DNA of 64,000 nucleotides, from NCBI GenBank assembly GCA_045535075.1, contig JAZSKX010000007.1, positions 32,001 through 96,000 of the forward strand. Reading direction: 5' to 3'. Shown in pieces: positions 18,781 to 29,242 of this stretch; position 1 is the first letter of the stretch, and each line of letters starts with the position of its first letter. A program made the translations under genes and the position numbers. The notes below the pieces were generated by a model. It ran no database searches and was not told the DNA's origin. It saw nothing but the letters and a program-made list of their open reading frames with translations. The stretch is from Candidatus Spyradenecus sp. Its GTDB lineage: Bacteria; Verrucomicrobiota; Verrucomicrobiia; Opitutales; UBA953.

Positions 18781-19557
18781 ATGAAAAAATTGCTTTCGCT
18801 CGTTTTTTTGGCTTCGGCAATTTTGTTTGTGCCTCTGAACGCGGAGGAAGCTTTTGTCGCGCCTTCGACCGTTCCCGCGACGGATGCGCCGGCAGAGAAG
18901 TCGATTCCGGAAAAAGTGGTTGCCTGGTATGCCGAAAATCTGAATTACGGGACCGTGGCGCTATTGATGACGGTGGAAAGTTCCTTTATTCCGTTCCCGT
19001 CGGAGGTCGTTGTGCCGCCGGCGGCTTATGCTGCATGCAATCCGGAAAGTTCGCTTTATGTAACGGAAAACCGCTGGGTGAATATCGGGCTTGTAATCGT
19101 TGCCGCAACTGCCGGAGCGCTCGTCGGAGCCTTGATTAATTACTACTTGGCACTGTTTTTCGGACGCCCGCTCATCAACTGGTTTGCCGAGTCGCGCTTG
19201 GGAAGCATGTGTTTGATTGATCGCGAAAAAGTTGAAAAATCCGAAATTTTTTTCAGAAAATACGGGATTTCGTCGACGTTTTTCGGGCGTTTGATTCCGA
19301 TGATTCGGCAACTGATAAGTATTCCTGCGGGAATTGCGCGGATGCGAATGTTGCCGTTTGTTGTCTTTACCTTTCTTGGAGCGATGATTTGGAATATCAT
19401 CTTGGCAATCGTCGGTTATTATGCGCACGGAAAGCAGGAAATTATCAATGAATACAGCCGTGAACTTTCTTGGGCAATTTTGGCGCTTGTCGCGATTTTT
19501 GCTATTTACCTGGCGTATAAATTCTTGAGAGGCGGAAAAAAAGCCGAAGAAAAATAG
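18781..19557 (+). CDS. DedA family membrane protein
   Basis: ESSFIPFPSEVV, GRLIPMIRQLISIPAG. Confidence 0.93.
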   Translation: MKKLLSLVFLASAILFVPLNAEEAFVAPSTVPATDAPAEKSIPEKVVAWYAENLNYGTVALLMTVESSFIPFPSEVVVPPAAYAACNPESSLYVTENRWVNIGLVIVAATAGALVGALINYYLALFFGRPLINWFAESRLGSMCLIDREKVEKSEIFFRKYGISSTFFGRLIPMIRQLISIPAGIARMRMLPFVVFTFLGAMIWNIILAIVGYYAHGKQEIINEYSRELSWAILALVAIFAIYLAYKFLRGGKKAEEK

Positions 19558-19580
19558 TTTAATACACGATTTTCATTCGC

Positions 19581-19626
19581 AAAAAAGCGTTCCCGTGAAA
19601 ACGAATCACGGGAACGCTCTTTTTTA
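19581..19626. terminator. Bidirectional terminator built from an inverted pair of the CGGGAAC motif
   Basis: AAAAAAGCGTTCCCGTGA-loop-TCACGGGAACGCTCTTTTTT between DedA and serS. Confidence 0.85.
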
Positions 19627-19644
19627 AACGGAAGTCGGCGAAGT

Positions 19645-20916
19645 TTATTTTCCGATAAACTCTTTACCGTAGTATTTGCGGAGCGCTTCGGGAACGCGAA
19701 CGGAGCCGTCGGGCTGAACGTTGTTTTCCAAAATCGCGGCAAGCACGCGCGGCAAGCCGAGCCCGGAGCCATTGAGCGTGTGAACGGTTTCCGCTTTGCC
19801 GCCGTCTTTCGGGCGGAAACGGATTCCTGCGCGGCGCGCCTGAAAGTCCGTGAAGCAGGAGCAACTCGAGACTTCGAGCCAGCGTTTTTGTCCGCCCGCG
19901 AAAACTTCGAGGTCGTATTGCTTGGCATGCGGAAAACCGATGTCGCCGGAGCAAATCAGCAAAACGCGATACGGCAAATTGAGTTTTTGCAAGAGGCGCG
20001 CGGCATCGTCTTTGAGAGATTCGAGTTCGGCGAAAGATTGGTTCGGGTGCGTCCACTTGACGAGTTCGACTTTGTCAAACTGGTGCAAGCGGTTGAGCCC
20101 GCGCACGTTCGCGCCCCAGCTTCCGGCTTCGCGGCGGAAACACGGCGTGTAGGCGCAACGGCGAATCGGCAAGTCGCGCTCGTCGATAATTTCGTCACGG
20201 AAGAAATTTGTAACGGGAACTTCCGCCGTCGGAATCATGTAAAAATCATCTTCCGGCGCGTAATACATTTGCCCTTCCTTGTCGGGAAGCTGCCCGGTCG
20301 CGGTTGCCGAAGCGGGATTGACCATAATCGGAGCCATGACTTCCTCGTAGCCGGCTTCGTGAGCTTCGTCGAGGCAGAACTGAATCAGCGCGCGGAGCAG
20401 GCGCGCCATGTCGCCGACGTAAAACGGGAAACCCGCGCCGGTTACTTTCACGCCGCGCTTGAAATCGATTGCCTTTTCAAACCACGGAAGCTCCCAGTGT
20501 GCGACGGCATTCGGCGAAACGAGTTCCGCGGGATCGCCCCACGTTCCCGCGACGACGTTATCGTTCTCGTTTTTGCCGACGGGAACGCTCGTGTCCGGAA
20601 TATTCGGAACGGTGAGATAAAGTTTGCGCCATTCCTCTTCGATTTCGCCGACCTGTTTTTCGAGCTCCTTCGTTTTGGCGGAAATCGCCTTCATTTCGCC
20701 GACTTTGGCGAGAAATTCCGGTGTGCCTTTTTTCATCGCCGCCATTTCTTTGTTTGCGGCGTTTTGCGCGGAGCGCGCGGCTTCAAATTCGCCGACGAGG
20801 GCGCGGCGCTTTGCATCGCAGGCGAGAATCGCGTCGAAATCGACGTCGAATTTCTTCGTCGCCAAGCGTTCGCGAATCATGTCGATGTTTTCACGGAAAA
20901 ATTTGATATCGAGCAT
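19645..20916 (-). CDS. serS: Serine--tRNA ligase
   Basis: MLDIK, PTAEVPVTN, FRREAGS, RLHQFDKVE, EVSSCS..DFQARR, TLNGSG. Confidence 0.97.
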   Translation of the reverse strand: MLDIKFFRENIDMIRERLATKKFDVDFDAILACDAKRRALVGEFEAARSAQNAANKEMAAMKKGTPEFLAKVGEMKAISAKTKELEKQVGEIEEEWRKLYLTVPNIPDTSVPVGKNENDNVVAGTWGDPAELVSPNAVAHWELPWFEKAIDFKRGVKVTGAGFPFYVGDMARLLRALIQFCLDEAHEAGYEEVMAPIMVNPASATATGQLPDKEGQMYYAPEDDFYMIPTAEVPVTNFFRDEIIDERDLPIRRCAYTPCFRREAGSWGANVRGLNRLHQFDKVELVKWTHPNQSFAELESLKDDAARLLQKLNLPYRVLLICSGDIGFPHAKQYDLEVFAGGQKRWLEVSSCSCFTDFQARRAGIRFRPKDGGKAETVHTLNGSGLGLPRVLAAILENNVQPDGSVRVPEALRKYYGKEFIGK

Positions 20917-20961
20917 TTTTTGAAAGATTAAAGATTAAAGAAAGATTAGGTGTTTAATGCC

Positions 20962-21153
20962 TTAAGGCTACCTCTAAAAATTCGTTTTTGAGGGAATCGA
21001 TGAGAGTTGAGGGCTGAGAGCTTAGAGGGAAATGCGTTCCCGCAAGCGGGAAAAAGGATTTCGAAAACCTTTTTCGCGAAGCGAAGCGCAAATACCTATC
21101 ATCTCTCACTTCTCCTCGCTCATCAGAAGCTCTATTTATAGAGGTTCCCTTAA
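20962..21153. mobile_element. MITE-like non-coding element
   Basis: TTAA-GGCTACCTCTAAAAA ... TTTATAGAGGTTCCC-TTAA (12/15 TIR match, TTAA on both sides), internal hairpins. Confidence 0.6.
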
Positions 21154-21165
21154 GCCCTAAATTCT

Positions 21166-21588
21166 TTAAAAAACTTCGTTTTCGTTGAAGAAGCGCGCGA
21201 TTTCCGCAGCGGCGGAAGCTTCGCCGTCGGACGCGTGGCAAATATTGTAGGTAATTACTTCTTTGTTTCCGAAATCGCCGCGAATCGTTCCCGCAGGCGC
21301 AACTGCCGAATTCGTCGGTCCGAGCAGTTCGCGTACTTTTTCAATTGCGTTTTCGCCTTGAAGCACGGCAACGATGACCGGGCATTTTGTCATGAACTCA
21401 CAAAGAAATCCGAAAAACGGTTTATCGGTAAGGTGTGCGTAATGTTCGCGAAGAAGCGCGTCTGTCATGCGCATCATTTTACACGCGGCAAGTTTTAGAT
21501 TTGCCGCCTCAAAGCGTGCAAGCACCGTTCCCGCAAGATTTTTTTCCATGCAGTCGGGCTTGAGGATGATGAGTGTTTTTTCGCTCAT
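21166..21588 (-). CDS. ndk: Nucleoside-diphosphate kinase
   Basis: TLIILKPD, HYAHL.DKPFF, GTIRGDFG, NICHASD. Confidence 0.96.
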   Translation of the reverse strand: MSEKTLIILKPDCMEKNLAGTVLARFEAANLKLAACKMMRMTDALLREHYAHLTDKPFFGFLCEFMTKCPVIVAVLQGENAIEKVRELLGPTNSAVAPAGTIRGDFGNKEVITYNICHASDGEASAAAEIARFFNENEVF

Positions 21589-21757
21589 ATAAGTTATGAA
21601 TTTTAAAAAGAAACGATGAAATTCTCTTTTGTTCGGTTTTTCAAGCCGAATGAGGTTTTCGGGAGCGTTGATTCTTGCCGGGTTAATTTTCTTTCAAGGG
21701 CGTGTTTACTGCGCTTCTCGCCTTGCTTTTTTCGGCGGGAACGCGAAAATGTTTCTC

Positions 21758-22333
21758 ATGAAAAACAAGATTTTTGCTTTGTTGTTTGCACTTATTTTTG
21801 TTGCCGGCGGATTCGGCTTAGCAACTTGGATTTCTCAAAATTCCGCAAAAACGGCGGCGTCAATCGAAGACTCCGAAATTCGTATAATTTATGTCGATGA
21901 CGCAATGCGGGCGGCCGGATTGCGCGTGGATCGCGTGCTTCTTGCAAAGAAATCAAATAAGGCGACGATTTATGTAAGTTTCCTTCAGCCGTTTTCGGAA
22001 GCCGTTATCTTGCAGGCGCACGACCGAACCGGCATTGAAATCGGGCGTTCCCGCCGCCTTATCAGCGGGAAAACCGATGAGGCAATGTATGTTGATTTTG
22101 ATTACAATGCAAATGTTCCTCTGAAGCTGGCGGAAAGTTTCAAGCTCGTCTACGCGAAAGCGCTTCCGCCCGCTGTCGAAGAAACGGAAACGCCGACCGC
22201 ATCCGAAGAGGCAACGCCTCCGCCGCCGGCAGATTCCGTTCCCGCGCTGAACGAAACCCCCGAGGCGGCACCGCAAAACGACGTTCCCGCGGAAACGCAG
22301 CCCGAGGAAACGACGGAAGCCGCACCGCTTTAG
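21758..22333 (+). CDS. Hypothetical membrane-anchored protein with Pro/Glu-rich tail
   Basis: N-terminal TM segment after MKNK; low-complexity C-terminus; start uncertain. Confidence 0.7.
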   Translation: MKNKIFALLFALIFVAGGFGLATWISQNSAKTAASIEDSEIRIIYVDDAMRAAGLRVDRVLLAKKSNKATIYVSFLQPFSEAVILQAHDRTGIEIGRSRRLISGKTDEAMYVDFDYNANVPLKLAESFKLVYAKALPPAVEETETPTASEEATPPPPADSVPALNETPEAAPQNDVPAETQPEETTEAAPL

Positions 22334-22336
22334 TGC

Positions 22337-25300
22337 TTGTTTTTTTCAAAAGGCGACAGGGAGTTCCGATTCCGTGTCGCTTTTTTATTCCACCGAAAAT
22401 CTTTGTCTGTGTCTGATTGTGCTTCCGATTCTGATTTCGCGAAAGCGGATTTCCTGCTCGGCGTAAATGCCGCCGCGTCGGGGCTTGCCGTTGCCTCGCT
22501 GATGCGGGAACGCTCTCCGTTGATTTTGTTGGTTTCAAAAAATCTTGGGCGCGCGGAAGTTTTGGCGGAAGATGCGGTGTTTTTTTCTTCTCTTTCCGAT
22601 GAAGCCCAATCGTCCGAAAAGCCGTCCGGGGAAAATCTGATTGTTCGCGGTTTGCCGCTGATGTCGGATATTTCCGGTCTTGAAGGGACTTGCGATTTGC
22701 TTTCCGTGCTTTCCTCGATAAAAAATGCCGGAGAAAAAGAGCGCATTGTTCTTGCCTGTACGCCGGAATCGCTTACGCAGGACGTTCCCGCGCCGGATGT
22801 TTTTTCCGGTAAAGAATTTGTCTTACGGCAGGGACAGAAAATTTCCATGCGGGAACTTCAGGAAAAATTGTTATCGGATTTTGATTACGATAACGAAGCG
22901 CTCTGCGAATCCCCCGGGCAGTTTTCCGTGCGCGGCGGACTGATTGACGTTTATCCGCTGAACGCTTCGGCTCCCGTGCGTATTGATTTTTTCGGCGACG
23001 AAATTGAGGCATTGCGCGAGTTTGATCCGACGACTCAACGGACGTTGCGGAAGCTCGAAAAAATTTCCGTGACTTCGGGCATGCTGATTTCGCCTGAAAA
23101 AACTCAACGCACGGGAACGCTCTACGACTATTTCCCGAAAAAGGCGCGCATGATTTTTGCCGAGGCGGAAATGTTCGATGCAAATGAGTTGCGGGAACTC
23201 ATCCAATCCGCACGAAATCGCGCGCTAGGCGTTGCCGGATTTTCCGCTTTTGATGAAGTCCCGGCGTGGTTCGCCGAAAATTTTCCGTGCGCGGGAACGC
23301 CGGAGATTTGGGAATCCCAGGATTTGGAGGAATTCGCTTACGGCGAAATTTCGGCGGGAGCTCTCGGCATCGAGCGGCTCGCCGAGGCTGAAGAATTGCG
23401 GCGGCGCGTTTTGCTGTTTCTCAACGATTGGTCGAAAAAAAGGGAACGCGTTGCGATTGTTTGCGAGAACGCGGGAACGGAAGAGCGTTTGCGGGAAATC
23501 CTTGACGAAGAACGCCGGGCGGGAACGGTCGGTAAAGATTTTTCTCCCGAAATTTTTCGCGGGAACGTCAGCGCCGGGTTTCGTGTCGTGCGCGGAAAAG
23601 GCGAGGAGAAAAATGCGCTGGTCGTTGCGACGGAGCGCGAGATTTTCGGGCGCCACCGCCGCCGCGTCGCTCAAGTGCGTAAGCGCTTGCTTCCGAACAA
23701 AGCGCATGTAGAGCAGTTGTTGGATTTTAACGAAATTGCCGACGGCGATTACCTCGTTCATCTTCAGCACGGCGTGTGTATTTTCCGGGGAATCAAGGCG
23801 ATTGAGCGAGCGGGTGGCGCGCGGGAAGATATGTTCGCGTTGGAGTTTGAAAACAAGGTTACGCTCTACATCCCGTTTCGCGAGGCGCACTTGATTTCCC
23901 GTTATGTCGGGATGCGTAAAGCGCTTCCGAAGCTCGGGAAAGTCGGTAGCACGTCTTGGGAAAAAACGCGCAAAGCGGCGGAAAAAGCGACCATGGATTT
24001 CGCGGCGGAATTGCTCGAAGTCCAAGCAACACGCGCGACGCGCCCCGGATTTTCTGCGCTCCCGGATGAGGATTTGCCGTGGCTACGCGAGTTTGAAAAG
24101 GCGTTCCCGTTTACGGAAACCCCGGACCAGTCCCGCGCAATTTACGAAACGAAAAAAGACATGGAACGCCCGTCGCCGATGGATCGGCTTGTTTGCGGCG
24201 ATGTCGGTTTCGGAAAGACGGAAGTCGCCATTCGCGCGGCGTTTAAGGCTGTTTTGAGCGGAAGGCAAGTTGCCGTTTTAGCTCCTACGACCGTGCTTGC
24301 CCAGCAGCATTTTAATACGTTTCGAGACCGATTTGCGCATTATCCGGTTTCCGTCGAAATGCTTTCGCGCTTCCGCACGCCGACGCAACGCAAGAAAATC
24401 TGCGGACAACTCGAACGCGGCGATTTGGATATCGTTGTCGGAACGCACGCTTTGCTGGCTTCGAGTGTCAAATTTAAACAACTCGGCTTGCTTGTCATCG
24501 ACGAAGAACATCGCTTCGGCGTAAAACAGAAAGAAAAAATCAAGCGCCTACGATCCGATGTTGACGTGCTCGCGATGAGCGCGACACCGATTCCGCGGAC
24601 GCTCTACATGGCGCTGATGGGGGCGCGAGACTTGAGCGTTATCGAAACGGCACCGCGGGAACGCCTGCCGATTCGAACGATTGTCCGCACTTACGAAGCA
24701 AAATTGGTGAAAGACGCCATCTTGCACGAAATCGAGCGCGGAGGACAGGTTTTCTATCTGCACAATCGCGTGGATACAATCTACGAAGTCGCAAACTTGC
24801 TCGGTTCGCTCGTTCCCGAAGCAAAAATCGCCGTCGGGCACGGGCAGATGGACGAGCGGGATTTGGAACTTGTGATGACGGATTTTGTCGCCGGACGTTA
24901 TGATGTGCTCGTTTGCACGACGATTATCGAAACCGGCTTAGATATTCCGAACTGCAATACGATTATTATCGAAGCCGCAGATCGTTTCGGGTTAGGGCAA
25001 CTTTATCAGCTTCGGGGACGTGTCGGACGTTTTAACCGTCAGGCGTATGCATATTTGCTTTTGCATCGGCATCGCTCCGTTGTCGATGCGGCGCGGAAAC
25101 GCCTTGCCGCGATGCGCCAATTTAACCAGCTTGGCGCCGGCTTTCGTATTGCGATGCGTGATTTGGAGTTGCGCGGAGCGGGAAATATTCTCGGACTGAA
25201 ACAGAGCGGGCATATTGCCGGCGTCGGATTCGAGCTTTATTGCCGTTTGTTGAGACAAAGCGTGGCGAGTTTGAAAGGTGAAAATCCGCAGAAAATTTTC

Positions 25301-25774
25301 CGCGCGGAAATTAATTTGGATTTTGTGCATTATGCGCAACTTCCCGAATCCGGAGCTAAGGATGCGCGTACGAATTACGAAATTTTAAAAGACGAGCAAA
25401 ACGCAAAATTTAAAGGCGCTGAAATCATTGCGACCATTCCCGCGAGCTATGTTTCGGACGTGCGCGTGCGTATTGATGTTTTCCGGAAATTGGCTTTGGC
25501 GGGAACGCCGGAAGAAGTGCACGCGGCAGCGGAATCCATGGAAGACCGCTTCGGGAAGATGCCGCTTCCCGCCCGCGTGTTTTGCGAAATCGCCGAATTG
25601 CGTTGCTTGGCAGAAGCGCGCGGAATCGTCGATCTTGTGACGGAGGCCGGACAGATCAAAGCTCGCCGTCGCAACGGCGAATATATCCGTGTCGGCGTAA
25701 ATTTCCCGCGGCTCCAACAGCTTGCTCCCCTCAAGCGCCTGCGGGAACTGCGCGATTTTTTGAAACGAATTTAA
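22337..25774 (+). CDS. mfd: Transcription-repair coupling factor (start probably somewhat downstream)
   Basis: [14 protein letters not shown], CarD-like [49 protein letters not shown]. Confidence 0.96.
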   Translation: MFFSKGDREFRFRVAFLFHRKSLSVSDCASDSDFAKADFLLGVNAAASGLAVASLMRERSPLILLVSKNLGRAEVLAEDAVFFSSLSDEAQSSEKPSGENLIVRGLPLMSDISGLEGTCDLLSVLSSIKNAGEKERIVLACTPESLTQDVPAPDVFSGKEFVLRQGQKISMRELQEKLLSDFDYDNEALCESPGQFSVRGGLIDVYPLNASAPVRIDFFGDEIEALREFDPTTQRTLRKLEKISVTSGMLISPEKTQRTGTLYDYFPKKARMIFAEAEMFDANELRELIQSARNRALGVAGFSAFDEVPAWFAENFPCAGTPEIWESQDLEEFAYGEISAGALGIERLAEAEELRRRVLLFLNDWSKKRERVAIVCENAGTEERLREILDEERRAGTVGKDFSPEIFRGNVSAGFRVVRGKGEEKNALVVATEREIFGRHRRRVAQVRKRLLPNKAHVEQLLDFNEIADGDYLVHLQHGVCIFRGIKAIERAGGAREDMFALEFENKVTLYIPFREAHLISRYVGMRKALPKLGKVGSTSWEKTRKAAEKATMDFAAELLEVQATRATRPGFSALPDEDLPWLREFEKAFPFTETPDQSRAIYETKKDMERPSPMDRLVCGDVGFGKTEVAIRAAFKAVLSGRQVAVLAPTTVLAQQHFNTFRDRFAHYPVSVEMLSRFRTPTQRKKICGQLERGDLDIVVGTHALLASSVKFKQLGLLVIDEEHRFGVKQKEKIKRLRSDVDVLAMSATPIPRTLYMALMGARDLSVIETAPRERLPIRTIVRTYEAKLVKDAILHEIERGGQVFYLHNRVDTIYEVANLLGSLVPEAKIAVGHGQMDERDLELVMTDFVAGRYDVLVCTTIIETGLDIPNCNTIIIEAADRFGLGQLYQLRGRVGRFNRQAYAYLLLHRHRSVVDAARKRLAAMRQFNQLGAGFRIAMRDLELRGAGNILGLKQSGHIAGVGFELYCRLLRQSVASLKGENPQKIFRAEINLDFVHYAQLPESGAKDARTNYEILKDEQNAKFKGAEIIATIPASYVSDVRVRIDVFRKLALAGTPEEVHAAAESMEDRFGKMPLPARVFCEIAELRCLAEARGIVDLVTEAGQIKARRRNGEYIRVGVNFPRLQQLAPLKRLRELRDFLKRI

Positions 25775-26559
25775 TCGGCGAAAATTTCGATGCGTTCAAT
25801 CGAAACGGCACGTGATTGAGTTTCGTCGTAAGAAATCAGACATCCGCAGAGGCGGACGTCGCCCTCGGCAATTTCAAAGCGTCGCGGAAGCCCGTCCGAA
25901 AATGCTTGGATAACGGCTTCTTTGTTGCGTCCGATAACGCCGTCGTGCGCGCCGCACATGCCGGCATCGGTTTGGTAAGCCGTTCCCGCGGGAAGTATGC
26001 GATTGTCGGCGGTTGCAACATGCGTGTGCGTTCCGACGACGGCGGCGGCGCGTCCGTCAAGGTGCCAGCCCATTGCGATTTTTTCGGAAGTAACTTCGCC
26101 GTGAATTTCGACGAATGCGGCATCGTAAGTTCCCGCGAGCTGCTTGAGCAGGGTATTGGCTTGGGCAAACGGACAGGTAGTTTTTCCGCGCATAAACGTT
26201 TGTCCGAGAACGGTGAAAACGAGGAGCCTGAAGCCGTCGGCGTCTTCAAGAATGAGGTGATCCGCCCCGGGAACGCCGGCATAGTAATTGGCGGGACGGC
26301 AGATTTTTTCGAGTCGCGGGAGCGCGATGTCAAAGCCGCGCTGATCCCAAGTGTGATCGCCGAGTGTTACGGCATCAATGCCGGCGTCGAGCATTTCCCG
26401 AACGATGCGTTCGTTGATTCCGGAGCCTGCAGCGGCGTTTTCTCCGTTGACGATGAGAAAGTTTACCGCGTAGCGATTTTTGAGTCCCCGTGCTTTTTTA
26501 TAAAGCAATTCTCTTCCGGGAGAACCGACGACGTCGCCTAAAAAAAGGATTTTTTTCAT
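25771..26559 (-). CDS. TIGR00282 / YmdB-family metallophosphoesterase
   Basis: LFLGDVVG, NGENAAAG, TLGDH, RPANY, HGEVTSEK, GTHTHV, TDAGM. Confidence 0.93.
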   Translation of the reverse strand: MKKILFLGDVVGSPGRELLYKKARGLKNRYAVNFLIVNGENAAAGSGINERIVREMLDAGIDAVTLGDHTWDQRGFDIALPRLEKICRPANYYAGVPGADHLILEDADGFRLLVFTVLGQTFMRGKTTCPFAQANTLLKQLAGTYDAAFVEIHGEVTSEKIAMGWHLDGRAAAVVGTHTHVATADNRILPAGTAYQTDAGMCGAHDGVIGRNKEAVIQAFSDGLPRRFEIAEGDVRLCGCLISYDETQSRAVSIERIEIFAD

Positions 26560-26563
26560 AGTA

Positions 26564-26845
26564 TTAATTCCAGGCGTGGAGATTGAGCAGGGCGCGGTCG
26601 GGATTATTTTCGTTTTCCGCAAAATAAATTGCCAAACGCAAGGCGGGAAGCGTGTTGCTTTCCGGGAGCAAATTGGCGGATTTGCGAATTTCCTGAAGAA
26701 GCGATTCCGCCGAACGTCCCTGAAGCTGAAAAATATCCGTGTAGCCGGCATCGAGCAGATAGCGGGCGACGGCGACCGGCATTTGCGGAATACGCATGAA
26801 TGGGCTTTGGAGCGCGGCTAAATCGACTTTCTTTTTTTTCTGCAT
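26564..26845 (-). CDS. Small helix-hairpin-helix (Cdd1-like) protein
   Basis: IPQMP..VARYLLDAGY..IFQLQGRSAE.L, LAIYFAE...W pattern. Confidence 0.7.
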   Translation of the reverse strand: MQKKKKVDLAALQSPFMRIPQMPVAVARYLLDAGYTDIFQLQGRSAESLLQEIRKSANLLPESNTLPALRLAIYFAENENNPDRALLNLHAWN

Positions 26846-26846
26846 T

Positions 26847-28013
26847 TTATTCCCCGTTTAAGAATTTGGCGGTCGTTTCGTAAAGATGGGGCGAGTTGAG
26901 CAGGAAAGAATCGTGTCCGGCGATGGCATCAATTTCGACATAGCGCGCATCTTTTCCCGCACGTTTGAGAGCGATGACGATTTCACGATTCTGCCACGGC
27001 GGATAAAGCCAATCCGTAGAAAAGCCGACAACGAGCGTGCGCGCTTTCACGGGAGCGAAGCTTTGGTCGAGCGAGTGGTCTTTGGCAAGATTGAAAAAGT
27101 CGTTTGCCGCCGTGATGTAGAGATAGGAATTGGCATCAAAGCGGTCGAGAAATTTGTCGCCCTGATGGTGCAGATAACTCTCGATCGGGAACGTGATTTT
27201 TCGCAAAAATTCTCCCGTTGCGATGCGCCCGCCGGGAAGTTGCTCGGGGCTTCGGCGGATTTTGGACGTAAGGCTGAAGTCTGAAAGATACGTGATGTGA
27301 GCCATCATGCGTGCGACGGCGAGCCCGCTGCGCGGTCCCGTGCCTTCGAGTTCGCCGTAGTAGCCGCCGAGCCAATTCGGGTCTTGAGTGATGGCGGCGC
27401 GAGCGACGGCGTTAAATGCGGTTGCTTGCGTGTTCTGCTTCGCGGCGCAAGCCATGGCGATGACGTTTTTGACGCTGTCTGGGAATTCGATTTCCCAAAT
27501 CAACGCTTGCATGCCGCCCATGGAGCCGCCGATAACGGCATGGAGCGTGCGGATGCCGAGCGAGTCGATGAGCAGTTTCTGCGCGCGTACCATGTCGCGG
27601 AAAGTGAGTACGGGAAAATCAATGCCGTAAGGATCGCCCGTTGCCGGATTGATGGAAGTCGGTCCCGTCGATCCGCTACAACCGCCGAGGCAATTGGAGC
27701 AGATGACGAAATATTTGCGTGTGTCGACAGCTTTTCCCGGACCGATGAAATGATCCCACCAACCGGGGCGTTTGTCTTCCGGGCGATGTCTTCCCGCGAC
27801 GTGATGGTCGCCCGTAAGCGCGTGGCAAATCAGGATGGCATTGGATTTGTCGGCGTTGAGCGTGCCGTAAGTTTCGTAGCGTAGCGTGAAGTTCGGAATG
27901 GAGCCGCCGAGTTCGAATTCGAACGGGCTGTCATAGGAGAAATCCTGCGGGGAAACGAGTTCGTTCCCGCCGATTCCGTTGATTTCCTGCGTCAAATCGT
28001 CGTCGTCCGTCAT
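26847..28013 (-). CDS. metX: Homoserine O-acyltransferase
   Basis: CHALTGDHH, GWWD..IGPG, GGSMGGMQ, ARMMAHITY, RFDANSY, GHDSFL. Confidence 0.95.
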   Translation of the reverse strand: MTDDDDLTQEINGIGGNELVSPQDFSYDSPFEFELGGSIPNFTLRYETYGTLNADKSNAILICHALTGDHHVAGRHRPEDKRPGWWDHFIGPGKAVDTRKYFVICSNCLGGCSGSTGPTSINPATGDPYGIDFPVLTFRDMVRAQKLLIDSLGIRTLHAVIGGSMGGMQALIWEIEFPDSVKNVIAMACAAKQNTQATAFNAVARAAITQDPNWLGGYYGELEGTGPRSGLAVARMMAHITYLSDFSLTSKIRRSPEQLPGGRIATGEFLRKITFPIESYLHHQGDKFLDRFDANSYLYITAANDFFNLAKDHSLDQSFAPVKARTLVVGFSTDWLYPPWQNREIVIALKRAGKDARYVEIDAIAGHDSFLLNSPHLYETTAKFLNGE

Positions 28014-28016
28014 GCG

Positions 28017-28472
28017 TCAGGCCTCCGGAAGTTGTTTTAAAAATTCGATGAGTTGCGGGAACGCCGCGCGAATAGCGTCTCGTGCGCCGCGATAGCCGTC
28101 CAAAGTCGCTCCGAACGGGTCGGGAACGCGGGCGATAAAGACATGCGGCGGGAGCGTTTCAAAAAGTTCTTCAACCGCGTCAATATGTCCGCGCGTCAGC
28201 CCGACAAGGACGAGTGTTTTTCCCAAAATATCTGCAGAAATTCGGCGGGAACGGTGGCTATTCAAATCCGCTCCGCATTCGGCGACGGCACGAATTGCAT
28301 TTACCGAAGCCGTTTCTCCGTCTATTGCCGCAACGCCGCACGAAGCCGTTTCAAAACGTTCCGACAACCCGGCGCGCTCCAATTCGGCGCGAAAGAGTGC
28401 TTCCGCCATCGGGCTACGGCAAGTGTTTCCGGTGCAGACAAAGAGGATAGTTTTTCGAGACGTTTTTTGCAT
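28017..28472 (-). CDS. Low-molecular-weight protein (Tyr/Arg) phosphatase
   Basis: FVCTGNTCRSPMAE P-loop, DPFG. Confidence 0.92.
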   Translation of the reverse strand: MQKTSRKTILFVCTGNTCRSPMAEALFRAELERAGLSERFETASCGVAAIDGETASVNAIRAVAECGADLNSHRSRRISADILGKTLVLVGLTRGHIDAVEELFETLPPHVFIARVPDPFGATLDGYRGARDAIRAAFPQLIEFLKQLPEA

Positions 28473-28551
28473 AGACGCAACTCGCAATGAAATGCGCTTT
28501 TGCCCGTTTTCGCAACCTGTTTTATTCGCGGGAACGCTGGGATTTGATGCG

Positions 28552-29082
28552 TTATTCTGCCGAATCGATGACAATTCCGGATTTTTTTAATAATCCGCTG
28601 ACTCGGCTTTGCCTGTCTGCATCAACCCCGGCTTCAATGATGAGGCGACAGTGCGGGCGGCGCGAGCGCGGGAACGCCTGCAGGCGTTGTGCTTCGGCGA
28701 GTAGCTGTTCTTCCGTGACGGGATTGCCGTCGAGCCAAATTGCTTCTTTTTTGAGGTGAATTTCTTTGGTCGGCTCGGCTTTTGTGCGAAAGGATCGCGC
28801 GAGCGATTTCAATTCGGCGGGCGCATCGGCGGGCAGGGCGATGTTGGTAATATGTTTTCCGTCATCGCGTTCTTCCGTTTCGTAGAAGATAAAGCCGTCG
28901 GCAAGTTTCACGGAATTGGAGTTGGCGACGACGTTTAATTGAGCCAGCCACTCTGCTTCGGCGATTCCGCCGTTGTAAAGGCGAATGGCGTCTTCCCGCG
29001 AAAGTTCGCTCACGGTCTTTGGTCCTCCGGCACATGCGCCGAGCAGAAGAAAAATCGGAAGGAGAAAAGGAAATGCTTTCAT
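28552..29082 (-). CDS. Putative lipoprotein with ExbD-like C-terminal segment
   Basis: Lipobox LLGAC; IWLDGNPVTEEQL...LIIEAG...VSGLLKKSGI. Confidence 0.6.
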   Translation of the reverse strand: MKAFPFLLPIFLLLGACAGGPKTVSELSREDAIRLYNGGIAEAEWLAQLNVVANSNSVKLADGFIFYETEERDDGKHITNIALPADAPAELKSLARSFRTKAEPTKEIHLKKEAIWLDGNPVTEEQLLAEAQRLQAFPRSRRPHCRLIIEAGVDADRQSRVSGLLKKSGIVIDSAE

Positions 29083-29242
29083 GCAGAAGATACTTTCGGC
29101 GCTCCCGCCGCTTGGCAACAAGAAATCCGAGCGGAGAACATTAAAAATCGAAATCTAAGAAATTTTTCGGAGTTTGAGGGAAAACGGGAATGCGGGATTT
29201 AAAGTTTCCCTTAAATCCGTCTTCCGATTTAAAATCCTGATT

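Noticed and set aside
19780..20931. Long antisense ORFs (also 3602..4558, 35689..37143, 44525..45484, 51073..52263, 62243..63703)
   Set aside because: Shadows of well-supported genes on the opposite strand, with no recognisable motifs.
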